Shown here: positions 48,475 to 57,086 of the stretch, in pieces | Numbering within the stretch: the stretch's first letter is position 1 | Layout of the letters: every line of letters begins with the position of its first letter | Source: Chloroflexota bacterium | Lineage (GTDB): Bacteria; Chloroflexota; UBA11872; VXOZ01 | Direction of reading: 5' to 3' | Assembly: GCA_963662335.2 (NCBI GenBank) | Contig: CAXXVD010000005.1 | Coordinates: 638,027-702,026, forward strand | Length of the DNA: 64,000 nt | Program-made: the position numbers and the translations under genes | Notes under the pieces: model-generated | The model's input: the letters and a program-made list of their open reading frames with translations, nothing else | Told to the model about the DNA's origin: nothing | Databases searched by the model: none

Positions 48475-48894
48475 ATGAGAATCGCGACAAGCATACTGCT
48501 TGTACTGATGCTACTTGGTTTGAGCGCGTGCCGGATCGGTCCGACGGCCTCGGATCGGCCACTGGAGGACAGCGCGGCGCTGGGCGAGCTTGAAGTGGAG
48601 GAGCAAGAACCGGCGCAGGTTGACGTGATCCTCGAGACCCAGGGCATGACGCCTTCGGCCATCGCCGTGCCCCGCGGGCCGGTGCATCTCGTAATTCAAA
48701 ACAAATCGCCGCAAACGCGCACGCTCGTGCTCTCCGGCAACGACGTCACCGAGAGGACGGCGGCGATTTCCTCCGGCCAGGAGTACACCCTGGAACTGAT
48801 CCTGGAACCGGGAATCTACGAAATCACCGTCACCGGCGGCACCGGCGATCCCCTGCGCGGCGTGCTGACGGTAACGATACCCAAGTCCATCTAA
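48475..48894 (+). CDS. Lipoprotein with a cupredoxin-like fold (no obvious Cu ligands)
   Basis: Lipobox LSAC; P..I.V..G.V...I.N ... L.PG.Y. Confidence 0.6.
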   Translation: MRIATSILLVLMLLGLSACRIGPTASDRPLEDSAALGELEVEEQEPAQVDVILETQGMTPSAIAVPRGPVHLVIQNKSPQTRTLVLSGNDVTERTAAISSGQEYTLELILEPGIYEITVTGGTGDPLRGVLTVTIPKSI

Positions 48895-49017
48895 GCCGCT
48901 TCCGGCGCGGGGCGTGCTACCGGCAACCCCGCGCTTGCGTTGAGCGCGAACGAGCAGGCGGAATGGAAAGAGGGCCGCGCAGCACAGTGCTGCGCGGCCC
49001 TCTTTCCGGAGCAGTTC

Positions 49018-51063
49018 TCACTCCTTCCGCTCGTAACCCGGCATGAAGCCTTCGAACATATCCCGCTTCTGCGTCCAGACGCGCTCGCCCCAGCCGTCCA
49101 CGCGGGTGCCCCATTCCCAGGCGGGCAGGCCGGCGGCGCGGTCCGCCGTGGGCGGCACGCCGGCCAGGAAATCGCGGGGCAGCGCGCCCTGGCATTGGGC
49201 CGGCGGCTCGATGCCGAGCAGGTGGCAGACCAGCGGCACCACGCTCGTCAGGTGCGCGTAGCCCAGGCGGTCAACCGGACGCTGGTAGCCAGCTTTCAGA
49301 CCGGGGCCCTGCGCCAGCAAGAACGCCAGGTTCGAGGACTGCGCCGTGCGCGCGGTTGGCAGGTACGGCCCGTGGTGCGCGCCGTACTCGTCCGGTTTGA
49401 AGACGTAGGGGTCTTGTCCCGCCGCGTCGCCGCCCGGGTAGCCGCTCACGAAACCGTCCTCCATAGCGTACACGATGTCGCCGCACTGTGCGCCCCAGCA
49501 GCCCATGAGCGTGGCATGGTGCTTGGGCAGCGCCACGGCTACCGGGCACTGGCCGGTCTCGTCATCCACCCATGACCGCAAGAGCGTGATCACCTCGCGC
49601 TGGATGCGCACGTATTCTTCCGACCCTGCCGGCGCGTTGATGAAGAGTTCGTAGTTGCGCACCGGCGTGATGAAGATCTTGGTGCGTTCCATGTCGATCT
49701 TGGAAAAATCCTCGTTGGGATCGAAGTGCGCCACCGGCTCGGTGTAGGCCAGGTAGCCGTGGTCGTGGAGCAGGCGCGGCACGTCGGTGGCGCGGAATTG
49801 GGGAATGGCGGCGTGGTCGGAAACGACGATGACGGCCGTGTCGTCCGGCGCGTCCGCCAACAGCGTGGCGAAGAGGCGGTCGGCTATCTTGTATGACTCG
49901 CGGTAGGCGCGCCAACCCTCCGCGGCGTTCTCTTCCCGGTAGCCGGGACACGCCGGATCCACCAACGGCAGAAAATGGTGGTTGATGTAGTCGAAGATGT
50001 GGATGTGGGTGTAGAGCAACGCGTAGTCTTGTTCTTCCAACAGGTGCTTGCCGACCCGGGCAATCCACTGGCACTGGTATTCGATCTCTTCCAGGCAGGT
50101 ATCCAGGTCGCCGATGCCCCACACGTAGGGGAAGACCGAGGCGTGTTCGAGATACGGCCCAAAGCGCTCGACCAGCGCGCGGCTAAGTTCCGGCGGCTCG
50201 CAGAAGTCGTCCGTGTGCATCACCTGGGAGCGGTAGAGCATGAGGCGGCCGGCGTCCGGGGCGAGCGCGACGGTCTTGCAGCGGAAGGCCGCCGGCTGCT
50301 CCCGGCCCTCGACCGTGAACGTCAGGTGAATCCAGTCGCTCCAACCGCCGGCGGGCGCGCGGCCAAGTTCCGTATTGCCATCGCGGGCCGCGCAAATGGC
50401 GATCGTGTCGTAGCCCGCGCCGTGCGTATCCAACGCCAGGCCCCAGAGAGTCCGGTTCTCGCCCTCGCGCTTGGTAATGATTTCGATTGGGAACTCCAGC
50501 GGCGGCCGCCCGCCTGCTTCGTTTTCCGGCAGGTTCTGCCAGTCCCCGTTCTCCCGCGCCGGTTGCAAGGCGATGCGCGTGCTGTTGGTGACGCCGTCCT
50601 GGTTCGTGTAGCCCCAGGCGGGCGTGACCTCGAACGGCGTGCTGCCATAGTTTGGATGCCCAAAACCGTCTATGACGCGGGCGAGCGGATGCTGGCTGGG
50701 CGACGCCGCCGGGTAGTGAATGGCAATGCTCTTGCGCCCGGCGCGCCCGGCGGCCTCGAAGACGTTTTCGGCAGCCACCGCCGGCCGCACGAACGCGGAC
50801 AGGGTCTGCTCCTCGTCACGCGGCGTGGGCAGGTTCAGGAACCAACGCGAGACGCTGTGCGTGCCGGTGTGCGCGCCGGTGGCGAGCGTGGTCCAGTTGG
50901 TGGGCGTCCACACCGGCATGGAGGGATAGGCTTCGCCCACGATGCCGGCCTCCGCCAGCCGCTTGAGGTTGGGCAGCAGCCCCTCGGCGGCGAACCGCTC
51001 GTACATGGGGAACATCATGCCGTCCAGTCCGATGACGTAGACGCGCTTGGCCTGGTCTTTCAT
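49018..51063 (-). CDS. Alkaline phosphatase superfamily nucleotide pyrophosphatase/phosphodiesterase
   Basis: VIGLDG, LPNL..L, TPTNWTTLATG, VVSDH. Confidence 0.82.
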   Translation of the reverse strand: MKDQAKRVYVIGLDGMMFPMYERFAAEGLLPNLKRLAEAGIVGEAYPSMPVWTPTNWTTLATGAHTGTHSVSRWFLNLPTPRDEEQTLSAFVRPAVAAENVFEAAGRAGRKSIAIHYPAASPSQHPLARVIDGFGHPNYGSTPFEVTPAWGYTNQDGVTNSTRIALQPARENGDWQNLPENEAGGRPPLEFPIEIITKREGENRTLWGLALDTHGAGYDTIAICAARDGNTELGRAPAGGWSDWIHLTFTVEGREQPAAFRCKTVALAPDAGRLMLYRSQVMHTDDFCEPPELSRALVERFGPYLEHASVFPYVWGIGDLDTCLEEIEYQCQWIARVGKHLLEEQDYALLYTHIHIFDYINHHFLPLVDPACPGYREENAAEGWRAYRESYKIADRLFATLLADAPDDTAVIVVSDHAAIPQFRATDVPRLLHDHGYLAYTEPVAHFDPNEDFSKIDMERTKIFITPVRNYELFINAPAGSEEYVRIQREVITLLRSWVDDETGQCPVAVALPKHHATLMGCWGAQCGDIVYAMEDGFVSGYPGGDAAGQDPYVFKPDEYGAHHGPYLPTARTAQSSNLAFLLAQGPGLKAGYQRPVDRLGYAHLTSVVPLVCHLLGIEPPAQCQGALPRDFLAGVPPTADRAAGLPAWEWGTRVDGWGERVWTQKRDMFEGFMPGYERKE

Positions 51064-51129
51064 GATTCTTTCTCCACGTTTACTCTTCGCGTCCTGCTTC
51101 CGACAATACCATGAACATGGCCTATCCAA

Positions 51130-51240
51130 GCCGTTCGCCCTGAGCGGGGTCGAAGGGTGAACGGCGGATTGAGCGTTTAGCAACTCCGCCCGCGCCTCTC
51201 TCCATTCATACTTCGACACGCTCAGCACGAACGGAGAGAG
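51130..51240. repeat. REP doublet
   Basis: Near-identical to 1893-1930; second arm is an inverted copy of the 45050 unit. Confidence 0.8.
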
Positions 51241-51369
51241 GCGCGTTCGTTTTCATTTCCTGGTGTGGCCGGCGGGCGGCCATGGTGATTGCTTTGAAAA
51301 CAGCGGCGCGGCCTCCGTCATTGCCGCGCTTCCTGTAGCGACTTGGTCCCAAAGGCAATGGCTTGGCCC

Positions 51370-52287
51370 CTAAGGCGCTGCCATTTCCAGCAGCACCCAG
51401 TCGCCGGTCTGGCGGCGCTCGCACAATCTGAAGCCGGCCGCGTGGAAGGCGGCGAGCGCCGCATTAGCCTTGTCCTCGATGATGCCACAGGCGAACAGGC
51501 GGCCGCCCGGCGCGACCGCTTCCCGCAGCGCCGGCGCCAGCGCGATGAGCGTCTGGGCAGTGATGTTGGCGACAACCACGTCGCAGCGCGCGGCGGCAGC
51601 GGGCAGCGGCAGCGTGCCTTCCCGCACGTCGATGGCCTCCGCCAGACCGGCGTCGGCCACGTTCTCGCGCGCGGCGGACACGGCGACCGGGTCCGTATCC
51701 AGGGCGTCAACCCGCGCCGCGCCGAGCTTGGCCGCGGCGATGGCCAGGATGCCGGAGCCGGCGCCCACGTCCAGCACGTTCTTTCCCTTAAGCGGTTGTC
51801 TTTCTAGCGCCTCTAAGCAAAGCTGCGTGGTGGGATGCGTGCCGGTGCCAAAGGCCATGCCGGGGTCGAGGGCGATCACGATTTCGTTTGGTTGCGGCTC
51901 ATACGCTTGCCAGCGCGGTTTCACCACCAGCCGCTCGCCCACGTGGAGCACGGTGTAGAACTGCTTCCAGGCGTTGGCCCAATCCTCTTCCGCCACCCAG
52001 CGCGTTGCCAATTCCTCGACCAAATCGCCGTGAAAGGCGCGCAGGTGCCAGAGGTCGCGTTCCAGGCCCTCGCGCCGCGCGTCCAGGCCGGCTGTATCGG
52101 GCGCGTACGTGGTGAGTTTCAGCCAATCACCCACCGGCTCCGGCTCATGGTCCACCGACTCCTGCGCGTGCTCTTGAAAGATCGCCACGCCGCCCTCGCC
52201 CCACTTGTGCAGCAGCGCCGCCACCGTTTCCGCGGCTTCCTGCTGCGCCCGCACGGAGAGTTCCAACCAGCGCTTGGGCGCGCTCAC
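51370..52287 (-). CDS. prmA: Ribosomal protein L11 methyltransferase
   Basis: EEDWA..WK, LDPGMAFGTGTHPTT.LCL, LDVGAGSGIL, VANI. Confidence 0.95.
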   Translation of the reverse strand: MSAPKRWLELSVRAQQEAAETVAALLHKWGEGGVAIFQEHAQESVDHEPEPVGDWLKLTTYAPDTAGLDARREGLERDLWHLRAFHGDLVEELATRWVAEEDWANAWKQFYTVLHVGERLVVKPRWQAYEPQPNEIVIALDPGMAFGTGTHPTTQLCLEALERQPLKGKNVLDVGAGSGILAIAAAKLGAARVDALDTDPVAVSAARENVADAGLAEAIDVREGTLPLPAAAARCDVVVANITAQTLIALAPALREAVAPGGRLFACGIIEDKANAALAAFHAAGFRLCERRQTGDWVLLEMAAP

Positions 52288-53162
52288 GGCGCGTGCCCGC
52301 TTGCCGCCGCCGAAACCGCCTTGCAACGCGCAAGCTCATGGAAGCGAACGTCCGGCACGTCCCGCAAGCGCGCCGCCATCACCGCAATCGCTTCCGGGTT
52401 ATCGTCGATCAGCACGAACGCGCGGCCGCATTCGTGAGCCGCCGCGCCGGTGGTGCCGCTGCCGGCGAAGAAGTCGAGCACCGTATCGCCGGGGCGCGAG
52501 GAGGCGCGCACGATGCGCCGCAGGATGCCCAGCGGCTTCTGCGTCGGGTACCCCGTGCGTTCCTTGCCGTTGGTCGGCACGATGGTGTGCCACCAGACGT
52601 CCGTCGGCAGCTTGCCCCGCGCCGCCTTCTCCGGCCCCACCAGGCCGGGCGCCATGTAGGGTATGCGCTCGACGGCGTCCGCGTTGAAGACGTAATCGTC
52701 CGGATTCTTGACGTAGACCAAGATATTGTCGTGTTTCGGCGGCCACTTGCGCTTGGTGCGTCCGCCGTAGTCGTAGGCCCAGATGATTTCGTTCAGAAAG
52801 CGCTCCCGGCCAAAGATGCGGTCGAGCAGCACCTTGCAGTAGTGCACTTCCCGATAGTCCACGTGGAAATAGAGCGTGCCGTCGGGCGTGAGCACCCGCT
52901 GGGCTTCGCGCAGGCGCGGTTCCAGGAACGCGAGATAGTCGTCGAACTCGTCCTCGTACGACCGGCTGCCGACGGGCACGGTGCGGTAGCGCTTGCCCGC
53001 AAAGCCAACGCGATCCCCGGCGGCGTCAGCAACCGTGCGCAGGCGCGTGTAATGGCGCGCTTTGCCGGTGTTGAAAGGCGGGTCGATGTAGATGAGGGGA
53101 AAAGAATCGTCCGGAAACTGCTCGAGGATGGGCAAGTTATCGCCGAACCAGACCTGGTTCAC
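52284..53162 (-). CDS. Orphan N6A/N4C DNA methyltransferase (beta class)
   Basis: LIYIDPPF motif IV precedes YPTQKP and LDFFAGSGTT motif I. Confidence 0.9.
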   Translation of the reverse strand: MNQVWFGDNLPILEQFPDDSFPLIYIDPPFNTGKARHYTRLRTVADAAGDRVGFAGKRYRTVPVGSRSYEDEFDDYLAFLEPRLREAQRVLTPDGTLYFHVDYREVHYCKVLLDRIFGRERFLNEIIWAYDYGGRTKRKWPPKHDNILVYVKNPDDYVFNADAVERIPYMAPGLVGPEKAARGKLPTDVWWHTIVPTNGKERTGYPTQKPLGILRRIVRASSRPGDTVLDFFAGSGTTGAAAHECGRAFVLIDDNPEAIAVMAARLRDVPDVRFHELARCKAVSAAASGHAP

Positions 53163-54283
53163 CCCAGCGCGTCCTTCATCTTGTCGAAGAAGCCCTTGTC
53201 GTCGTGCGGGCCGCCCGCGCCGCCAAAGGTCTCCGCCAGTTCTTTCAGCAGTTCCTTCTGTTCGGCAGTGAGCCGTTTGGGCACCTCCACCTGCACGTGG
53301 ACGTGTTGGTCGCCGCGGCCGCCGCCGTTCAGATGCGGCACGCCGCGCCGCCGCAGCGTAAAGACCGAGCCGGACTGGGTGCCGGGCGGAATATCCAGGC
53401 GCTCGTCGCCTTCCAGCGTCGGCACCGTCACCGTGTCGCCCAGGGCCGCTTGGGCGAAGTTCACGCGGTAGTCCAGGTGGAGGTCATCGTCTTCCCGCTC
53501 GAAGCGCTCGTCGGGCCGCACGGTGATGAAGACGTAGAGGTCGCCGCGCGGGCCGCCCCGGGGGCCGGCTTCGCCCTGGCCGCCCAGCCGGATACGCAGG
53601 CCTGAGTCCACTCCGGCCGGCACCTTGACCGAAATCGTGCGCTGCTGCTTGGCGCGTCCGCTGCCCACGCACGCGCCGCAGCGCACGGTGGGCACCCGGC
53701 CCTCGCCGCCGCAGCGCGAGCAGGTGGCGACGGTGGTGAACTGCCCGAAGAGGTTCGACTGCATGCGGCGCACCTGGCCCTGTCCCTTGCAGGCGGGACA
53801 CGCGCTGATCTTGCTCCCCGGCTCCGCGCCGCTGCCTGAGCACGCCGCGCACGCTTCGAGCCGGGAAACTTCCAGGTCCTTCTCCGCGCCGAAGATAGCT
53901 TCCGCGAAGTCCAGGGTTACATCCACCCGCAGGTCGGCGCCGGCTTCCGGGCCGGAGCGGGCGGAAGGCCGCGCGCCGGCGCCAAAGAACGCCTCGAAGA
54001 TGTCGCCAATGCCGCCCATGTCCGCCGGGTCAACGCCCCGGGGCATGCCGGCCGCGCCGCGCCCGTTGCTGTGGCCGAACAGGTCGTAGGCGCGCCGCTT
54101 CTGCGGATCCCGCAGGGTCTCGTACGCCTCGTTGATCTCCTTGAAGCGCGACTCGGCGTTGGGGTCTTTGTTCACGTCCGGGTGATATTGGCGGGCAAGT
54201 TTGCGGAAGGCCTGCTTGATTTCCGCGTCGGTAGCCCCGCGGTTCACGCCCAGTGTGTCGTAGTAGTCGGCTTTCGTGCTCAT
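53159..54283 (-). CDS. dnaJ: Chaperone DnaJ
   Basis: J-domain HPD, four CxxCxGxG zinc motifs. Confidence 0.97.
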   Translation of the reverse strand: MSTKADYYDTLGVNRGATDAEIKQAFRKLARQYHPDVNKDPNAESRFKEINEAYETLRDPQKRRAYDLFGHSNGRGAAGMPRGVDPADMGGIGDIFEAFFGAGARPSARSGPEAGADLRVDVTLDFAEAIFGAEKDLEVSRLEACAACSGSGAEPGSKISACPACKGQGQVRRMQSNLFGQFTTVATCSRCGGEGRVPTVRCGACVGSGRAKQQRTISVKVPAGVDSGLRIRLGGQGEAGPRGGPRGDLYVFITVRPDERFEREDDDLHLDYRVNFAQAALGDTVTVPTLEGDERLDIPPGTQSGSVFTLRRRGVPHLNGGGRGDQHVHVQVEVPKRLTAEQKELLKELAETFGGAGGPHDDKGFFDKMKDALG

Positions 54284-54292
54284 CTCTTTACC

Positions 54293-54982
54293 CTAGGCTT
54301 GCTCGCTCTCGGCGGACGCCGGCGCGCCGGACTCAGCGGCGGCCCCTTCCCCGGCGGCCGCTTCGGTTTGCGGCGGCGGGCCGACCTTGACCAGGCTGGG
54401 ACGCAGCACCCGGTCGTGCATCACGTACCCCTTTTGCAGTTCTTCCAGCACCACCACCGCGCCGCCGTCGTCCTCGCCTTCACGCATGACCGCCTCGTGG
54501 TAGTTGGGGTCGAACGGCTTCTCATGCGTGTCGATGGGCTGCAACCCGCGCTTCTCCAGCACGTTGCGCGCCATCTGGTGCACCAGGTCCACGCCTTGCA
54601 GCCACGAGAAGAAACGCAGTTCACCGGGAATGGTCTCCAACGCCCGCTCGAAGTTATCGAGAATGGGCAGGAACTCCGCCACCAAAAGCGCGGTGGCGAA
54701 TTTTGCCTGCTCCTCCTGCTCCTGCTGGGTGCGCCGCCGGTAGTTGGCGAAGTCGGCGCGGGCGCGGGCCAATGCTTCGCGCACCTGCTGGAGTTCGTCG
54801 TCTTTGGCCGCCAGCGTTTCCTGGGCGGTTGTGAGTTCGGCCCGGAGGTCCGGCGCCGTGGCGACGGCCTGCTCGTCCTCACCGCTGGCCGTCCCGCCGT
54901 CCTCCGCTTCATTCGCGGCGGGAGCCTCTCTTGCTTCTGCCACCGATTGCTGCTTCCTTCCGCCTGTCTTCTTGGATGCCAT
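54293..54982 (-). CDS. grpE: Nucleotide exchange factor GrpE
   Basis: ADF.NYRRR, LP.LDNFERAL, FDPN.HEAV, GY...DRVLRP..VKV. Confidence 0.96.
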   Translation of the reverse strand: MASKKTGGRKQQSVAEAREAPAANEAEDGGTASGEDEQAVATAPDLRAELTTAQETLAAKDDELQQVREALARARADFANYRRRTQQEQEEQAKFATALLVAEFLPILDNFERALETIPGELRFFSWLQGVDLVHQMARNVLEKRGLQPIDTHEKPFDPNYHEAVMREGEDDGGAVVVLEELQKGYVMHDRVLRPSLVKVGPPPQTEAAAGEGAAAESGAPASAESEQA

Positions 54983-55127
54983 ATATCCTATCCTGCCAAC
55001 ATGCGCCTTGCCCCCGTAAGCGGTGGGCGATTACTTTCCATCTACCTAGTATACTCAATATGACAGAAACGGGGAGAGTCCAGAAATCAGTAGCCCTACG
55101 CCTGTACTCTTCATAGGGCAACGGCTC

Positions 55128-55393
55128 CTGTCATTCCGAGCGCGGCGGGTACTGTCATTCTGAGGGAGGCGGTTGCTGTCATTCCAAGCGCGGCAGTTAC
55201 TGTCATTCCAAGCGTGGCGGCTCCTGTCATTCCGAGGGAGGCGGTTGCTGTCATTCCAAGCGTGGCGGCTCCTGTCATTCCGAGCGCAGCGAGGAATCTA
55301 CACTAGCTCCCCACTCTAGATTCTTCGTCGCTGCGCTCTTCAGAATGACAGGTGGGAGTTGGCTCAGGAGAATGACAGGCGGGAGTTGGCTCA
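55128..55393. repeat. Seven tandem 24-bp units (CTGTCATTCC.AG.G.GGCGG...) merging into a REP doublet, then two 27-bp units
   Basis: Units at 55128, 55152, 55176, 55200, 55224, 55248 and 55272; AGAATGACAGG.GGGAGTTGGCTCA twice. Confidence 0.9.
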
Positions 55394-55525
55394 AGCCCAG
55401 GGACGAGCAGGCGTCTCAACTCGGGCCGCCCCAAGCCCGAGACTGCCAGTTGCGGAGAGGCCGTCCGGTCAGGTTGGTCTCTTCAATTGCGAGTAATGTT
55501 GGAGAGACTCGTTTGGAGGCACGCC

Positions 55526-56581
55526 ATGTCAGCAGCGAACACACCCGCGCAGTACGCGCCGCTCAACCACCTGCGGGAGGTGTACGCGCAAACCGTACCG
55601 ACGACAGACTTCGCGGCGCTTGGACAAACCGGTTTCGCGCAATGGCAAGCCGCCCTGCGCGCCAGAGTAGCCGAACTGCTGGGCGGCTTTGGCTGGCCGC
55701 GCGCGGACCTGGCGCCCAGGACGCTGGCGACCGTCGAGAAAGACGGCTACACCCAGCAAAAGGTGGAGATTGCCAGTGAGCCCGGGGTCCGTTTGCCATT
55801 CTACGTCCTCACACCGCACACCGGCCAGCCGCCCTATCCCGCCGTAATCGCGCTGCACGGCCACGGCTCCGGCGTGCAGGAGGTGATCGGCGAGCCGCGG
55901 GACGAACGGGTGGCGGCGCACATCCGGCAATGCAACCACGACTACGGCCGCCAACTTGCGCAACAGGGCTTTATGGTATTCGCGCCGGAGCAGCGCGCCT
56001 TCGGCGAGCGGCGCGAGGCCGAGGACGTTGCCCAAGCGCCGGGGCAATCCTCCTGCCGTCAGGCGAGCATGAACGCCCTGCTGCTGGGCCGCACCATGGT
56101 GGGCATGAGAGTCTGGGACGTGATGCGCCTGATCGACTACGCCGAGCAGCACGCCGCGCAGACCGGCTTGTGCAAAGTAGATGCGCTGGCCTGCGTGGGA
56201 CTCTCCGGCGGCGGCACGATTACGACGTTCGCCGCCGCCATGGACCCGCGCATCACCACCGCCGTGATCAGCGGCTACTTCTGCACGTGGCAGTGGTCGA
56301 TCATGGCGATGCGCCACTGCGAGGACAACTACGTGCCGGGCATTCTGCAACACGCGGAGATGGCCGACGTGGGCGCGCTCATCGCGCCCCGGCCGCTGCT
56401 AATCGAGGCGGGCACGGAGGACCAAATCTTCCCGCTGCCCGGCGTCCATGACGCGCATGAGAAACTGGCGAAAGTCTACGCCATGCTTGGGGCCAAGGAA
56501 CGCCTGGCGCTCGACGTCTTCGAAGGCGAACACCAGTGGCACGGCACGGTGGCGGTGGACTGGCTGCGGCGGTGGCTGTAA
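55526..56581 (+). CDS. Alpha/beta hydrolase (dienelactone/acetylxylan esterase-like)
   Basis: PAVI.LHGHG, GLSGGG nucleophile, LIAPRPL, G.EDQIFP, GEH. Confidence 0.85.
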   Translation: MSAANTPAQYAPLNHLREVYAQTVPTTDFAALGQTGFAQWQAALRARVAELLGGFGWPRADLAPRTLATVEKDGYTQQKVEIASEPGVRLPFYVLTPHTGQPPYPAVIALHGHGSGVQEVIGEPRDERVAAHIRQCNHDYGRQLAQQGFMVFAPEQRAFGERREAEDVAQAPGQSSCRQASMNALLLGRTMVGMRVWDVMRLIDYAEQHAAQTGLCKVDALACVGLSGGGTITTFAAAMDPRITTAVISGYFCTWQWSIMAMRHCEDNYVPGILQHAEMADVGALIAPRPLLIEAGTEDQIFPLPGVHDAHEKLAKVYAMLGAKERLALDVFEGEHQWHGTVAVDWLRRWL

Positions 56582-56661
56582 GGCGCGCCTGCGCGGCGGC
56601 AGGCGATTGGCGGCCATACCCAGCGCGCCCGGGCGCGGGCCCGTTCGTAGCCCCGCCCAAC

Positions 56662-56711
56662 GGTCACCGGGTGTAGGGGCACGACATGTCGTGCCCCTAC
56701 ACCCGGTGACC
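56662..56711. repeat. Perfect palindrome built on a GTAGGGGCACG REP
   Basis: GGTCACCGGGTGTAGGGGCACGACA/TGTCGTGCCCCTACACCCGGTGACC. Confidence 0.85.
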
Positions 56712-56951
56712 GTGCATTTACCGCGGCATCCGGACGGTTGGGAAAGAACAGTCGTCCCGGCTCGCGTCCATGCGGCGCGCAACGCTATGAAGGTTCGGGG
56801 TGCGGCGTCAGCCATTGCCGGAGCGCGCCGGTCTTGCTAGGCTATGTTCCAGCGACACCCTTTAATAGAGCTAATCATTGCAATAGCCATGCGGCTCGAA
56901 GGACTGCTTGCACGCCTTGCCGGAGTTGCGGCGCAGTTTGCCCACCGCGGA

Positions 56952-57083
56952 GCGGGGGACAAGCCTCCGCGCTACAGCCAACCGGCGCGGGTTACTGGCC
57001 GCGCAGCGGGGGTCAAGCCCCCGCCCTACCGCCTGCCGGCGCGGGTTGCTTGTCACGGAGCGGGGGACAAGCCCCCGCGCTAC
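56952..57083. repeat. Three REP copies at a 54-bp period
   Basis: GCGGGGGACAAGCCCCCGCGCTAC variants at 56952, 57006 and 57060. Confidence 0.85.
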
Positions 57084-57086
57084 GGC

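Noticed and set aside
54985-55120. CIRCE or HAIR heat-shock operator before grpE
   Set aside because: No TTAGCACTC-N9-GAGTGCTAA; only one TTGAGT half-site overlapping a TATACT -10
55128-55300. CRISPR array
   Set aside because: 24-bp period with no unique 25-45 bp spacers; the units derive from a REP end; no cas genes
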